From Actinomycetota bacterium (GTDB lineage Bacteria; Actinomycetota; UBA4738; HRBIN12): DNA of 64,000 nt. Shown here piece after piece: positions 49,078-57,544 of the stretch. The number at the start of each line of letters is the position of its first letter. Position 1 is the first letter of the stretch. The DNA lies in contig DATEBA010000012.1 in the NCBI GenBank assembly GCA_035288045.1, forward strand, positions 15,979 to 79,978, given 5' to 3'. The notes under the pieces are model-generated. The model worked only from the letters and a program-made list of their open reading frames with translations. It made no database searches and had not been told where the DNA came from. Both the position numbers and the translations under genes were made by a program.

Positions 49078-49689
49078 ATGAGGCGACTGTCGGTAGCGCT
49101 GTTGGCGGTGCTTGTCGTTGGGCTGGTGGCCGGGCCGGCCGCCGCCGGGAACAAGGGGACGGTGAAGATAGAGGAGGTTCCTATCGACCTCCTGCCGGAT
49201 AACTCGCCGCATCCGGGATGCGATTTCCTGATCGAGTTCTTCCATTATCCGGAGGGCTCCGAGGTTAGTTGGGTGTTCACCGTGCACCCGCCGACCTCGG
49301 ACACCAACGGACCGGGCTCGGTCGTCGGAAGCGACAGCGCGACCCTGGATCCGGAGGACGCCAACAACCACCACCTCAACCTCTCCAGGGTCCAGAACAT
49401 CGAGGCTGGGTTGATCGCGTCCGGCGTTGAGGCGCACCCGCAGCAGGGGTTCCACGTGAAGCTCTCCGTGACCGGGCCCGAGGGCCCGAAGTACAAGGTG
49501 TTCTGGGTCGAGTGCGCAGGCTACCCGCCGCGTGCGGCCCCCGACACGAGCGGCACGAGCGCCGTCACTCCGACGGATGACTCGGCCGCGCGCATCACGT
49601 GGGGCATGCTGGGGGCGTTCCTCGCCGCTGGCGTCGTGCTCCGTTCGATCCTCCGGCGCCGCCTCGCGCTCCGGCGGACCGGCGGCTGA
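49078..49689 (+). CDS. Paralogous surface protein with the same C-terminal tail (A-R-I-T-W-G + TM + RRRL)
   Basis: ATG 49078 with RBS. Signal peptide, a PDTSGTSAVTPTDD linker, SAARITWG, a hydrophobic segment and RRRLALRR. Confidence 0.6.
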   Translation: MRRLSVALLAVLVVGLVAGPAAAGNKGTVKIEEVPIDLLPDNSPHPGCDFLIEFFHYPEGSEVSWVFTVHPPTSDTNGPGSVVGSDSATLDPEDANNHHLNLSRVQNIEAGLIASGVEAHPQQGFHVKLSVTGPEGPKYKVFWVECAGYPPRAAPDTSGTSAVTPTDDSAARITWGMLGAFLAAGVVLRSILRRRLALRRTGG

Positions 49690-49909
49690 TCCTACGAGGG
49701 CAGTTAGCACCTGGGATCCCGGGCCTCGTGCCCGGGATCCTGGCCTTGTGGGCGGCCCTCGATTAGGCCGGGAATCCCCCTTGCGCGTCGGATTCCCCGG
49801 TGCAAGACTGAGAGGTCCGAGCTGCGAGGCTCGGCGACCGACGGCGGCGCGACGCGGGCACGCGCCGCCGTCTCCTATGGGTGACGAGGGGTGATATCTT
49901 GCCGCCCAC

Positions 49910-49984
49910 GGGCGCGTAGCTCAGCGGGAGAGCGCTTGCTTCACACGCAAGAGGTCGCAGGTTCAAAACCTGCCGCGCCCACCA
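49910..49984 (+). tRNA. tRNA-Val (anticodon CAC), CCA encoded
   Basis: Acceptor GGGCGCG/CGCGCCC, anticodon arm CTTGC-TTCACAC-GCAAG and T-arm GCAGG-TTCAAAA-CCTGC. Confidence 0.85.
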
Positions 49985-49994
49985 GACAGGATCG

Positions 49995-50280
49995 GAGGCT
50001 CACAAGGGATTGGCGAAGAGCTCCCGGCCGTGGGTCCCATCGTTGGCGGCGAAGAAGAGGGTCCCAGCGACGTTCGCAAGGGACTTCGGGTGCGAGCCCC
50101 CAGATTCCGGGTAGATGTCGTTGACCTGGACTGTGCCGGCCTCGGTTCCGTCGCTCTTCCAAAGCTCGTAGCCGTCCGTGCCGTCGTCGGCAGCGAAGAA
50201 CAGGGTCCTCCCGACGTTGGTGAGGAACCTTGGGTACGACCTCGCCGATCCGGTTTCTGTCCCGTGTATTCCGGCGATTC
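49995..50280 (-). pseudogene. Remnant of an ELWxxDG-repeat protein gene (no start, truncated)
   Basis: The DNA is alignable, at roughly 75% identity, to the repeat-coding part of 51852..53045 (compare 50150..50230 with 52650..52740). No complete ORF. Confidence 0.5.
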
Positions 50281-50490
50281 ATGGAGCGTGCGCCCGAGTA
50301 CAGCTTCGAGCCCCACGCATACCTCGCGGACGACGAGCATGGAGTGGAGCTCCAGAAATCCCACTACAGGCGGGGCGACCAGACGCTGGACACAAACGAC
50401 ACGTTCGTCTGCCACTTCCGAGACGGCAAGGTCACAGAGACGTGGCTGTCGACAGACGATCCGTACGGCGTGGACGAATTCCTCGGCTAG
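50281..50490 (+). pseudogene. C-terminal fragment of a SnoaL/NTF2-like protein
   Basis: ...TFVCHFRDGKVTETWLSTDDPYGV resembles the C-terminal strands of SnoaL-like polyketide cyclase/NTF2 folds. Only about 70 codons, with no N-terminal half. Confidence 0.35.
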
Positions 50491-50511
50491 CCGCGGGACC
50501 ATCGAGTTGCT

Positions 50512-51843
50512 CTACTCTCCGCGGGCGCTGTGCTCGACGATCGACGCGAGATCGACCCTGGCCAGGTAGGAGTCGAAGCTACCGGCGTTCGACTCGCCCG
50601 CGAAGGTGCCCGAGGTGTCGCCGATCACGAACAGATCGCCGGCCGCGCCCCATCCCCAGCCCACCGTTTCCTCTTCGTCGGTTCCGAATTCGAGTGTCCA
50701 TTGAGCGTCGCCCGTCGTCGGCTCGAACGCCCGGGCGAAGACGTCGTCACCGCCGAGGTTCGTTTGGCCATGGAAGGCGCCACCTGTGGTCCCCACGGTC
50801 ACCACGTCGCCCCGCACCAGCGTCGCGCCCGCGGACGCATCGACGGCCCTCGTGCCGAACTGCCTGGTCCAAAGCCCGACGCCTGCCGGCGAGAATCCGC
50901 GGATGAAGGCGTCGGACCTACCCCTTCTCTCGAACCCGCGGAAGGATCCCCAGGTCTGGCCCGACACGTACACGCCGCTCGCATCGGCCGCCAGCCCCGA
51001 CCCGATGTCGGCCCTGTTGGTACCGAACTGGCGCAGCCACAATCTCCTCCCGTCTCGAGAGAACAGGGCGAGGAACGCGTCCAAGTCGCCGTGAGAGCGC
51101 GCCCCGGGAAGGTGACCGTCGGTGAAGCCGTTCACGTAGATGCCCTGTGGGGCGATCATCGCCGCCCACGCTTCCTCATACCCCCGCCCGCCGAACTGCC
51201 GCAGCCACTCCATCGCTCCCCGCTTGTCGAAGCGGGCGAGGAACAAGTCGGCGCTGCCATGGTTCACACGGTTCGCGAACGCGCCGAAGGTGTACCCGAA
51301 CACGAAGACGCCCGACCGGTCCACCACGATGCCCGCCGCGTAGTCGTCCTCGTCCGTTCCGAACTGCGCCATCCACCGCTCGTTCCCCTCGAGGTCGTAC
51401 CTCGCGACGAACGCATCGGCTCCCCCCGCGCTGGTCTGACCGGGTAACGAACCCGTCGTGGCACCGTCCACGTAGAGGCCAGACGCGTCCGCGCGCGCGG
51501 CGCCGACCTCCTCCCACCTCCTCGTGCCGAACTGCACGGTCCAGACCTCCGAGCCCCGCGCGTCGGTGCGCCTGATCCATCCGTCCGCGTCCCCCTCGCT
51601 GGCCTGCCCCGGGAGGGCGCCGTAGGTCAGACCCCCCGTGAAGACGTCCCCCCCGAAGGAGTCGACCGCGTAGGTGCCGAGCTCCGGAGCCGGAGAGCCG
51701 AACTGATCGACCCAGGCCACGGACCAGGTGATCGCCGCGCTCGGGGGCCCGAGGAGACCAACGAGAACCGCTAGCAACGCAGCGAGCGGGAACGCCGGGC
51801 CGCCCCAGCGACCGGGCGCTCCCGCGGCTCGAGACAGCGTCAT
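50512..51843 (-). CDS. Secreted beta-propeller repeat protein (SBBP-like repeats: W..QFGT...D.A.GV..D.SGVYV.G.T.G...G)
   Basis: Start at 51843 (MTLSRAAG... signal/TM), then about eight ~48-aa repeats. Confidence 0.65.
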   Translation of the reverse strand: MTLSRAAGAPGRWGGPAFPLAALLAVLVGLLGPPSAAITWSVAWVDQFGSPAPELGTYAVDSFGGDVFTGGLTYGALPGQASEGDADGWIRRTDARGSEVWTVQFGTRRWEEVGAARADASGLYVDGATTGSLPGQTSAGGADAFVARYDLEGNERWMAQFGTDEDDYAAGIVVDRSGVFVFGYTFGAFANRVNHGSADLFLARFDKRGAMEWLRQFGGRGYEEAWAAMIAPQGIYVNGFTDGHLPGARSHGDLDAFLALFSRDGRRLWLRQFGTNRADIGSGLAADASGVYVSGQTWGSFRGFERRGRSDAFIRGFSPAGVGLWTRQFGTRAVDASAGATLVRGDVVTVGTTGGAFHGQTNLGGDDVFARAFEPTTGDAQWTLEFGTDEEETVGWGWGAAGDLFVIGDTSGTFAGESNAGSFDSYLARVDLASIVEHSARGE

Positions 51844-51851
51844 CGACCTGG

Positions 51852-53045
51852 TCACGGAATGGTCACGAAGTCGTCCAGGAACGACCGCGCGATCGCGATG
51901 TCGTTCCTCCACGCCCAGGATATGCCGTGGCACTGTCCGGTCTCACCGTCGCCTACGGCGACCGCGACGTTGGAGTTCCCGAGGAAGTAGGGCGCGCCCG
52001 CATCTCCGCTGCAGACGCCCCCCTGTCCGGTCGCGGTCGAGTTGATCTGCAGCTCGATGGTGCCCGGGTCGATCGCCGCGATCTGGGCCGTCGCCCACCG
52101 CCGCGCTCCGTCGAACCAGTAATCGCACGGCCCAGAGCCCGAGCAGTCGGCCTCGACGCCGTAGCCGACCACCGTGAGCGACTGGCTCTTCTTCACCGAC
52201 TCCAGCTGGTCGAGCGTAGGCAGCCGGGCCGGAGTGATGCCTCGAACGGGCCTGGCGAGGATCGCAACCCCGTAGAGGTTGAAGCCGTTGGTGAAGTTCA
52301 CCTCCGGGTGCAAGTACCCGGCCTCGACGGTTCGGAGGGTCGACGTCTCTGGATCGAGCACCGGGTCGAACGAGACCACCGCCCGACCGCCGATCGACTG
52401 GGCGTATTCCACGCCGCCCGGGCACTCCGGAACCGTGAGGAACGCGGTCGAGGAGATCAACACACCCGAACAGAAGGCGAAGACCTCACCGTCCGGATCC
52501 TCCAGCACCATCACCCCGACGTTCGGGTCGCTCTTCCACAACTCGCGGCCAGTGATGCCGTCGTCTGTGGCGCGGAAGAACAGGGTCCCTCCAACGTTGA
52601 TGAGCGTGCCCGGGTACGAGCCCCCCAATCCTGGGACGATGTCCTTCACTTGCACTGTCCCGGCCTCGGTCCCGTCGCTCTTCCACAGCTCGGGGCCGCT
52701 GATGCCGTCGTTGGCGCGCAAGAACAGGGTTCCCCCGACGCTGGTGAGGAGCCTTGGGCGGAACCACGGACCCGACATGGCCGATCGGGGGTTGATGTCC
52801 TTCACCAGGGCCGTACCGGTTTCTGTCCCGTCGCTCTTCCACAGCTCGGGGCCGCTGACGCCGTCGTTGGCGCGCAAGAACAGGGTCCCTCCGACGTTGG
52901 TGAGGCTGCCGAGGTGCGAGGTCGTCGATCCGGGGTTGATGTCGCGGACCAGGTAAGGACTCCCGGCGGCGCTTGCAGAGGGCGCGGCAGGAAGCGATGC
53001 CACGAGACAGACGAGGATCAGCGCCGCCTTTCGTACGGTTCGCAT
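51852..53045 (-). CDS. Secreted protein: three ELWKSDGT-type repeats + trypsin-like (S1) domain with all three catalytic residues substituted
   Basis: Start at 53045 (MRTVRKAALILVCLVASLPAAPSASA) with AGGAG RBS. Repeats GTLFLRANDG(V/I)SGPELWKSDGTE x3. The S1 fold landmarks CSGVLIS...LTVPEC (His->Glu), GVAILARP (Asp->Gly) and CSGDAGAP (Ser->Ala) are all altered. Confidence 0.6.
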   Translation of the reverse strand: MRTVRKAALILVCLVASLPAAPSASAAGSPYLVRDINPGSTTSHLGSLTNVGGTLFLRANDGVSGPELWKSDGTETGTALVKDINPRSAMSGPWFRPRLLTSVGGTLFLRANDGISGPELWKSDGTEAGTVQVKDIVPGLGGSYPGTLINVGGTLFFRATDDGITGRELWKSDPNVGVMVLEDPDGEVFAFCSGVLISSTAFLTVPECPGGVEYAQSIGGRAVVSFDPVLDPETSTLRTVEAGYLHPEVNFTNGFNLYGVAILARPVRGITPARLPTLDQLESVKKSQSLTVVGYGVEADCSGSGPCDYWFDGARRWATAQIAAIDPGTIELQINSTATGQGGVCSGDAGAPYFLGNSNVAVAVGDGETGQCHGISWAWRNDIAIARSFLDDFVTIP

Positions 53046-53184
53046 CGCTCGGCTCCTCGTTGGCCACCGGCAGGGGGAAGATTTCGACAAGCGAGACTCT
53101 ACTGATGTCGGAGGAAGCAGCGCAAGGCTCTGGCTGATTCGCCGATAGATACCTTGGGTTCGCGTCCTCTGTCCCCCCTGACGC

Positions 53185-53238
53185 GATAACCTTCTCGATT
53201 CGCTCGCCTCTGACGTGCATAATGTCCAAGGCGCACAG
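53185..53238 (+). repeat. Left part of the att arm of the tRNA-Val(CAC) islets, interrupted by IS30
   Basis: GATAACCTTCTCGATTCGCTCGCCTCTGACGTGCATAATGTCCAAGGCGCACAG parallels 58794..58846; the last 24 bp are identical. Confidence 0.75.
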
Positions 53239-54693
53239 ACCAGGTTCAACGGGTCCTCGCAACACCGGCTGGCTGGACTGAGAGTAGGTGATCGTTCAAA
53301 GCTTCGGCGGGCGTGCGCCAGTCGAGAGTCTTGCGCGGCCGAGTGTTCAGCGCCAGGGCGACGGCTTCGAGATCATCGGCGTTGTGTTTGCTCAGGTCGG
53401 TTCCTTTGGGGAAGTACTGGCGCAGCAGTCCGTTGGTGTTCTCGTTCGTGCCGCGCTGCCAGGGGCTGTGCGGGTCACAGAAATAAACCGCGAGACCGGA
53501 GCCGATCCGCAGTTCGGCGTGTTTGGCCATCTCCTTGCCTCGGTCCCAGGTGAGGGAGCGCCGAAGCTGTGCGGGGAGTGTCGTGATCGTGGACGCGATA
53601 GCGTCGCGGACGGCCTCGGCCCCGTACCCGGCGAGCGCCGGCCCGTTCTTGACTCGTGGCTCGGTGCCGTAGCCCTCCAGGCGGGGTAGGTGCAGCAACA
53701 TTGTGAACCGGGTGGTTCGCTCGACCAGCGTCCCGATCGCGGATCGGTTCAGCCCGATGATCAGGTCCCCTTCCCAGTGCCCGGGCACCGCACGATCCGC
53801 GACCTCGGCTGGGCGGGCGCTGATCATGACTTCGGGTGTGATGAAGCCGTCGCGGCGCTGTCGGGAACGAGCTCGAGGCACGCGCAGTGCTCGACCGGTG
53901 CGCAGACACGAGACCAGCTCCCGGCGCAGCGCCCCGCGGCCCTGCACGTAGAGCGCCTGGTAGATCGCCTCGTGTGAGATCCGCATGGACCCATCATGAG
54001 GGTGCTCGACACGCAGCCGGTTCGAGATCTGCTCCGGGCTCCAGGACTTGGCCCAGCGCCGGTCTTGGCGGCGACCGTGCCGACGACCGATCCAGCGCAC
54101 CTCGGGTCCGGGCACGAGCTCACCGTCGGGTCGGGTTATCGAACCGGCGAGGCGGTCCTGCACGTACTCGCGCAGCTGCTCGTTCGCGGCGAGCTTGGAG
54201 ACCTTCGGGCGGCTGGCTCGCCGCTCTGCGTGCCACTGCGCCGTCGACGCCCGGTACTCCAAGCGGTACGTGCGAGTCGAGGCGTTGCGGCGGAGCTCCC
54301 GCGAGATCGTTGACGGCGACCGACCCAACCGTCGGGCGATCGCGCGCACCCCGACGAGCTGGGCGTGCAGGAGCGCGATCTCCTCGCGTTCAGCAAAGGA
54401 CAGGTAGCGACCAGACAAGTGGACTCAGCGAGATGGGTGGCATCCCGCCAGCGTGACGGAACCACCTCGCCCCGACCGCCAGCGACACGCCGGCCTCGCC
54501 GGCGGCGTCCTCACTGGATGCGCCACGCGCTATCGCCTCCCAGAACGGCACTCGGTCTTCGCGCCGAGCCGTCGAAGGCCGCCCCGGGGACCACATCTGA
54601 CCGCGCATCGCACGGATCGCCTGCTGACGCTCGCGAACACCCATCGCGCACCACCTCCGTCTCGAGGTGTTGCGACGACCACTTGATTCCGCC
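53239..54693 (-). mobile_element. IS30-family insertion sequence, apparently intact (1455 bp)
   Basis: 28-bp imperfect terminal inverted repeats (ACCAGGTTCAACGGGTCCTCGCAACACC vs reverse complement of the right end; 19/28 matches, the inner 10 identical). Flanked by a 3-bp CAG direct repeat (53236-38 and 54694-96). The uninterrupted target sequence is visible at 58823..58860. Confidence 0.75.
53246..54418 (-). CDS. IS30-family DDE transposase
   Basis: N-terminal HTH (LSFAEREEIALLHAQLVGVRAIARRLGRSPSTISRELRRN) and a DDE domain (HWEGDLI, DRGKE, NENTNGLLRQYFPKGTDL), 390 aa. Confidence 0.9.
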   Translation of the reverse strand: MSGRYLSFAEREEIALLHAQLVGVRAIARRLGRSPSTISRELRRNASTRTYRLEYRASTAQWHAERRASRPKVSKLAANEQLREYVQDRLAGSITRPDGELVPGPEVRWIGRRHGRRQDRRWAKSWSPEQISNRLRVEHPHDGSMRISHEAIYQALYVQGRGALRRELVSCLRTGRALRVPRARSRQRRDGFITPEVMISARPAEVADRAVPGHWEGDLIIGLNRSAIGTLVERTTRFTMLLHLPRLEGYGTEPRVKNGPALAGYGAEAVRDAIASTITTLPAQLRRSLTWDRGKEMAKHAELRIGSGLAVYFCDPHSPWQRGTNENTNGLLRQYFPKGTDLSKHNADDLEAVALALNTRPRKTLDWRTPAEALNDHLLSVQPAGVARTR

Positions 54694-54757
54694 CAGCGCA
54701 TAGACCCGGGTGCTTCACACGCAAGAGGTCGCAGGTTCAAAACCTGCCGCGCCCACA
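54694..54757 (+). repeat. Right part of att arm plus direct repeat 1 of the tRNA-Val(CAC) 3' half (54712..54757)
   Basis: CGCATAGACCCGGGT + GCTTCACACGCAAGAGGTCGCAGGTTCAAAACCTGCCGCGCCCACA is identical to tRNA positions 49938..49981. Confidence 0.85.
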
Positions 54758-54773
54758 AGGGTCGCGAACGAGC

Positions 54774-55363
54774 ATGTCAGAGGGTGTGTGTAGCCTCTTC
54801 GGGTCGGCGCGGTGCGCGAGCACAGCGTCGGTTGAGCGGCTGATCGAGTTCCTGGAGTCGGGCGGGATGCCCACGGCGATCGAGAACGTCAAACGCGAGC
54901 ACCTCGAGAGCTCATCGAGCACTTGGTCGAGACGAGGGCGCCGGCGACGGCCTCGAACAGGTTCCGAGCCGTGAAGGGGTTCTTCGCGTGGGCCACGCGC
55001 GACGAGGAGGTGATCGCCGAGTTGCCGATGCGGAACATGGCTTCCCCGCGGGTCCCCGAGTCGCCGCCGGACCTGGTCAGCGAGGACGAGGTGCGCGCGC
55101 TGCTCGCGACCTGCCGCGGCAACGCGTTCGACTCTCGGCGCGACGAGGCGATCATCCGGCTCCTCTACGACACCGGCGCCCGGCGAAGCGAGGTCGCGAA
55201 CCTGCGCCTCGACGACGTCGACGCAGCCCTCCCGCAAGGCGCGAGGGCCAAACGGAGGCTCGCCGGATGGCTCGGACCGAGAAGCTCTCGCCGGAGCAGC
55301 GATCCCTACGCGCGCGTCTCGCTGCGCACGCGCTTCACTCCTCGCGGGACTCTCGCGAGCTAA
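54774..55363 (+). pseudogene. Tyrosine recombinase (phage-integrase family) pseudogene
   Basis: The N-terminal SAM-like/core-binding region and catalytic box I (RDEAIIRLLYDTGARRSEVANLRLDDVD) are present. A 20-bp tandem duplication (54897..54936, GAGCACCTCGAGAGCTCATC|GAGCAC...) shifts the frame. The downstream box II/Tyr region is absent. Confidence 0.65.
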
Positions 55364-55826
55364 CAGCCAAGGCTCGCGAGAAGTTCCTCGACCGCTTCGC
55401 GCGAGCCGTCGATCCCGACGGCGTCCTCGATCCGGCAGAGCGCGAGAGGCGCGCCGAACACGCGCGGAAACGGTACTTCCTCGAGCTCGCGTACAAGAGC
55501 GCGAAGGCTCGACGGCGAAGGCGGCGCGGTGAGCGAGTCCGCGCGCGCTCGGTGGCTGCGCCGGCTGCGGACCGGCGAGGGCCTCGACGGCGGCTGGTCC
55601 GGGGTCATGTCCGTGGCGAACGGTCTCGCGGCCGCTGGCCTCCCGGAGTCGTTCACCCGCGACGCGCTGCTCGAGCCCTCGAACGTCGGCGCTCGCTACG
55701 TGAACTTCAGCTCGACCGGGAAGGCGAGGCCGACCTCTACGCGCGAGCGTTTGGTCCGCGAGGCGCTTCGGAAGGTGCGAGCGCGGCAGGCTCGAGCTCG
55801 GCCGGTTCGCGACCGAGGCGAGGTGA

Positions 55827-56468
55827 TTGGAGGCGCTGGCCGCGATCCGCTCGGCGATCGACGCCGTTCCCGAGCGATGGCGGTGGACCGCCGGCGCGAC
55901 CGATCGCGCCGTCCTGCTCGCCCTGGTAAGGATCGCGGAGCGGTTCGGACGCCTCGAAGTGGGCGCGTCCGTCCGCCAGGTCGCCGACGAGGCAGGGGTG
56001 GGCGCCGGCAGTGCGTCGAGGGCCCTCGGCCGGCTGCACGACTTCGTGCGGGTCGTCGAGCGCGGCGTCGGCACGCGGGCGTCCACGGTTCGTCTCGAGC
56101 GGGTCGAAGTGTCACGGCGCCGTGACGCACCCGAGCGGCAAGAAGTGGAACCCTCAGGTTCTGTCCCTTCGTGGACAGTAGAGGGTTCCAGTCTTTGCCG
56201 CGACGTGTTCTGGTGGGGCGCGCTGGGCAAGCGGGCCGGACACGCGTTCGAGTTGCTAGGGGTCGAGATGATCCCGACCGAGCGGGTCGCCGGCGTCGCC
56301 GGCCGCGGCGATGAGCAGCGGCGCCGTCATGGGAAGCGGGCGCGCGGGCGCCGGGAGTACCTCGAGCGGCGAAGGGTGGAACGCAAGGACGAAGGCCGAC
56401 GCATCGTGGCGGCCGTGCTGTCAGAGGCGGACGCGATGCTTGCGCCAGGCGCGAGGCGAGGTCGCTGA
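55827..56468 (+). CDS. Winged-helix/HTH protein (candidate element regulator or replication-initiator-like), TTG start
   Basis: AVLLALVRIAERFGRLEVGASVRQVADEAGVGAGSASRALGRLHDFVRV reads as a MarR/Rep-like wHTH. Frame choice is uncertain because of overlapping GC-rich ORFs. Confidence 0.35.
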   Translation: MEALAAIRSAIDAVPERWRWTAGATDRAVLLALVRIAERFGRLEVGASVRQVADEAGVGAGSASRALGRLHDFVRVVERGVGTRASTVRLERVEVSRRRDAPERQEVEPSGSVPSWTVEGSSLCRDVFWWGALGKRAGHAFELLGVEMIPTERVAGVAGRGDEQRRRHGKRARGRREYLERRRVERKDEGRRIVAAVLSEADAMLAPGARRGR

Positions 56469-56745
56469 TGGAGGAGCTGTCGAGCGAACGGGACCGGGCG
56501 GTGATCGAGCGCGCGGTCGAGCAGTTCGTCCTGGCGGTGGTCGAGGGCCGGTTCGTGAACGCCGACGAGGCTGCCGCCGTCGCCTTCGGGGTCGCTCGCC
56601 TTGCCGAGGCCGAGGACCCGAGCACGAGGTCGCGGTGGTGAGGGCGATAGCAGCCCTTGAGCCCCAAGCATCGGCTCTACGGGTGCGGGCGACCGTGCCT
56701 GGACGGCGCCTCGGGACGGTCCTGGGGACGCGAAGTTAATCGGGT

Positions 56746-57036
56746 GTGAGGGGGGAGATCATGCAGAGGACGACGAGCGAGCTGGCCGACCTATCGGACG
56801 AGGAGCTCGAGACCCTGCGGGACGGGCTCGCCCACGACGTCAGAACCGGCGACGCCGACGTCCGGGCTCGCCTCGAGAACGCCGAGGACGAGATCGCGCG
56901 CCGCCAGCGGGAGAGCGAACGAGAGGCGGCCGCCTCGCAGGAAGGCGAGCGCCGGCTCGAGGACGCCAAGAAGATCGAGACGGCGACGGCTTCGTGGACC
57001 GGGGCGCGTTCCTCGACTTCGATAGGTGGGTGTTGA
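56746..57036 (+). CDS. Small acidic coiled-coil hypothetical protein
   Basis: Probable start at 56761 (MQRTTSELADLSDEELETLRDG...). No recognisable domain. Confidence 0.3.
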   Translation: MRGEIMQRTTSELADLSDEELETLRDGLAHDVRTGDADVRARLENAEDEIARRQRESEREAAASQEGERRLEDAKKIETATASWTGARSSTSIGGC

Positions 57037-57315
57037 GCGAGATCGAGTGCGTGCTTCGGCTCCGCAGCTCCGACGTCGTTCGGGTCGAGGTCACCGAAGG
57101 CACCGGACAGGCGTTCATAGCCTCGTAGGCGGCCGCAGGGCTCGGGCGTGGTACCGCGCGACTCAGGTGGGGGTTTCGACGGTTTCGCCGGGAACGAGAA
57201 AAAGCGGGGCCTGGTGGGCCCAGCTAAGAGTGTCGCGGCGCCGCGACACTTCAAAGGCGGCAGCGACGGTCCCGCACCTCGGCCGAGTGGTAGGCGGTGT
57301 TGAAGCGCGGGCGCT

Positions 57316-57331
57316 GGTTACCTAGGTAACC
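57316..57331. repeat. Perfect 16-bp palindrome GGTTACCTAGGTAACC
   Basis: Exact dyad in the non-coding stretch of islet B, upstream of the secreted-protein gene pair. Confidence 0.8.
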
Positions 57332-57544
57332 ACCCCACACCCGCCAGGCCCGGGCGAGCAGGCGGGCCTCGACGAGGCGACGGTCATTGACTCCGATGTC
57401 GACGAGCTTCGTCGAGCCCATTGTCCGGACCTCGGGCAATGGACCGGTCGCCTCCAGCCTTCGCGATCTCAACCGTTCCGCTGACCCTCGTCGACGACCC
57501 TCGGCGAGCCTGCCACCGGGGGGGTTGACAGGGCCTTTGTCGTT

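Larger units (their letters stand above)
49985..54711 (+). mobile_element. Putative degraded integrated islet A at tRNA-Val(CAC), first tandem unit
   Basis: Lies between the tRNA and direct repeat 54712..54757. Cargo is two gene fragments, a beta-propeller protein, a dead trypsin-like protein and a complete IS30 element inserted into the att arm. Confidence 0.5.

Noticed and set aside
54988-56125. Overlapping long ORFs 54988..55929 and 55529..56125 in islet B as two large proteins
   Set aside because: They are mutually overlapping Arg/Ala-rich translations in GC-rich DNA. Only short segments look protein-like, so the correct frame cannot be decided from sequence alone. They were left unannotated apart from the wHTH ORF.
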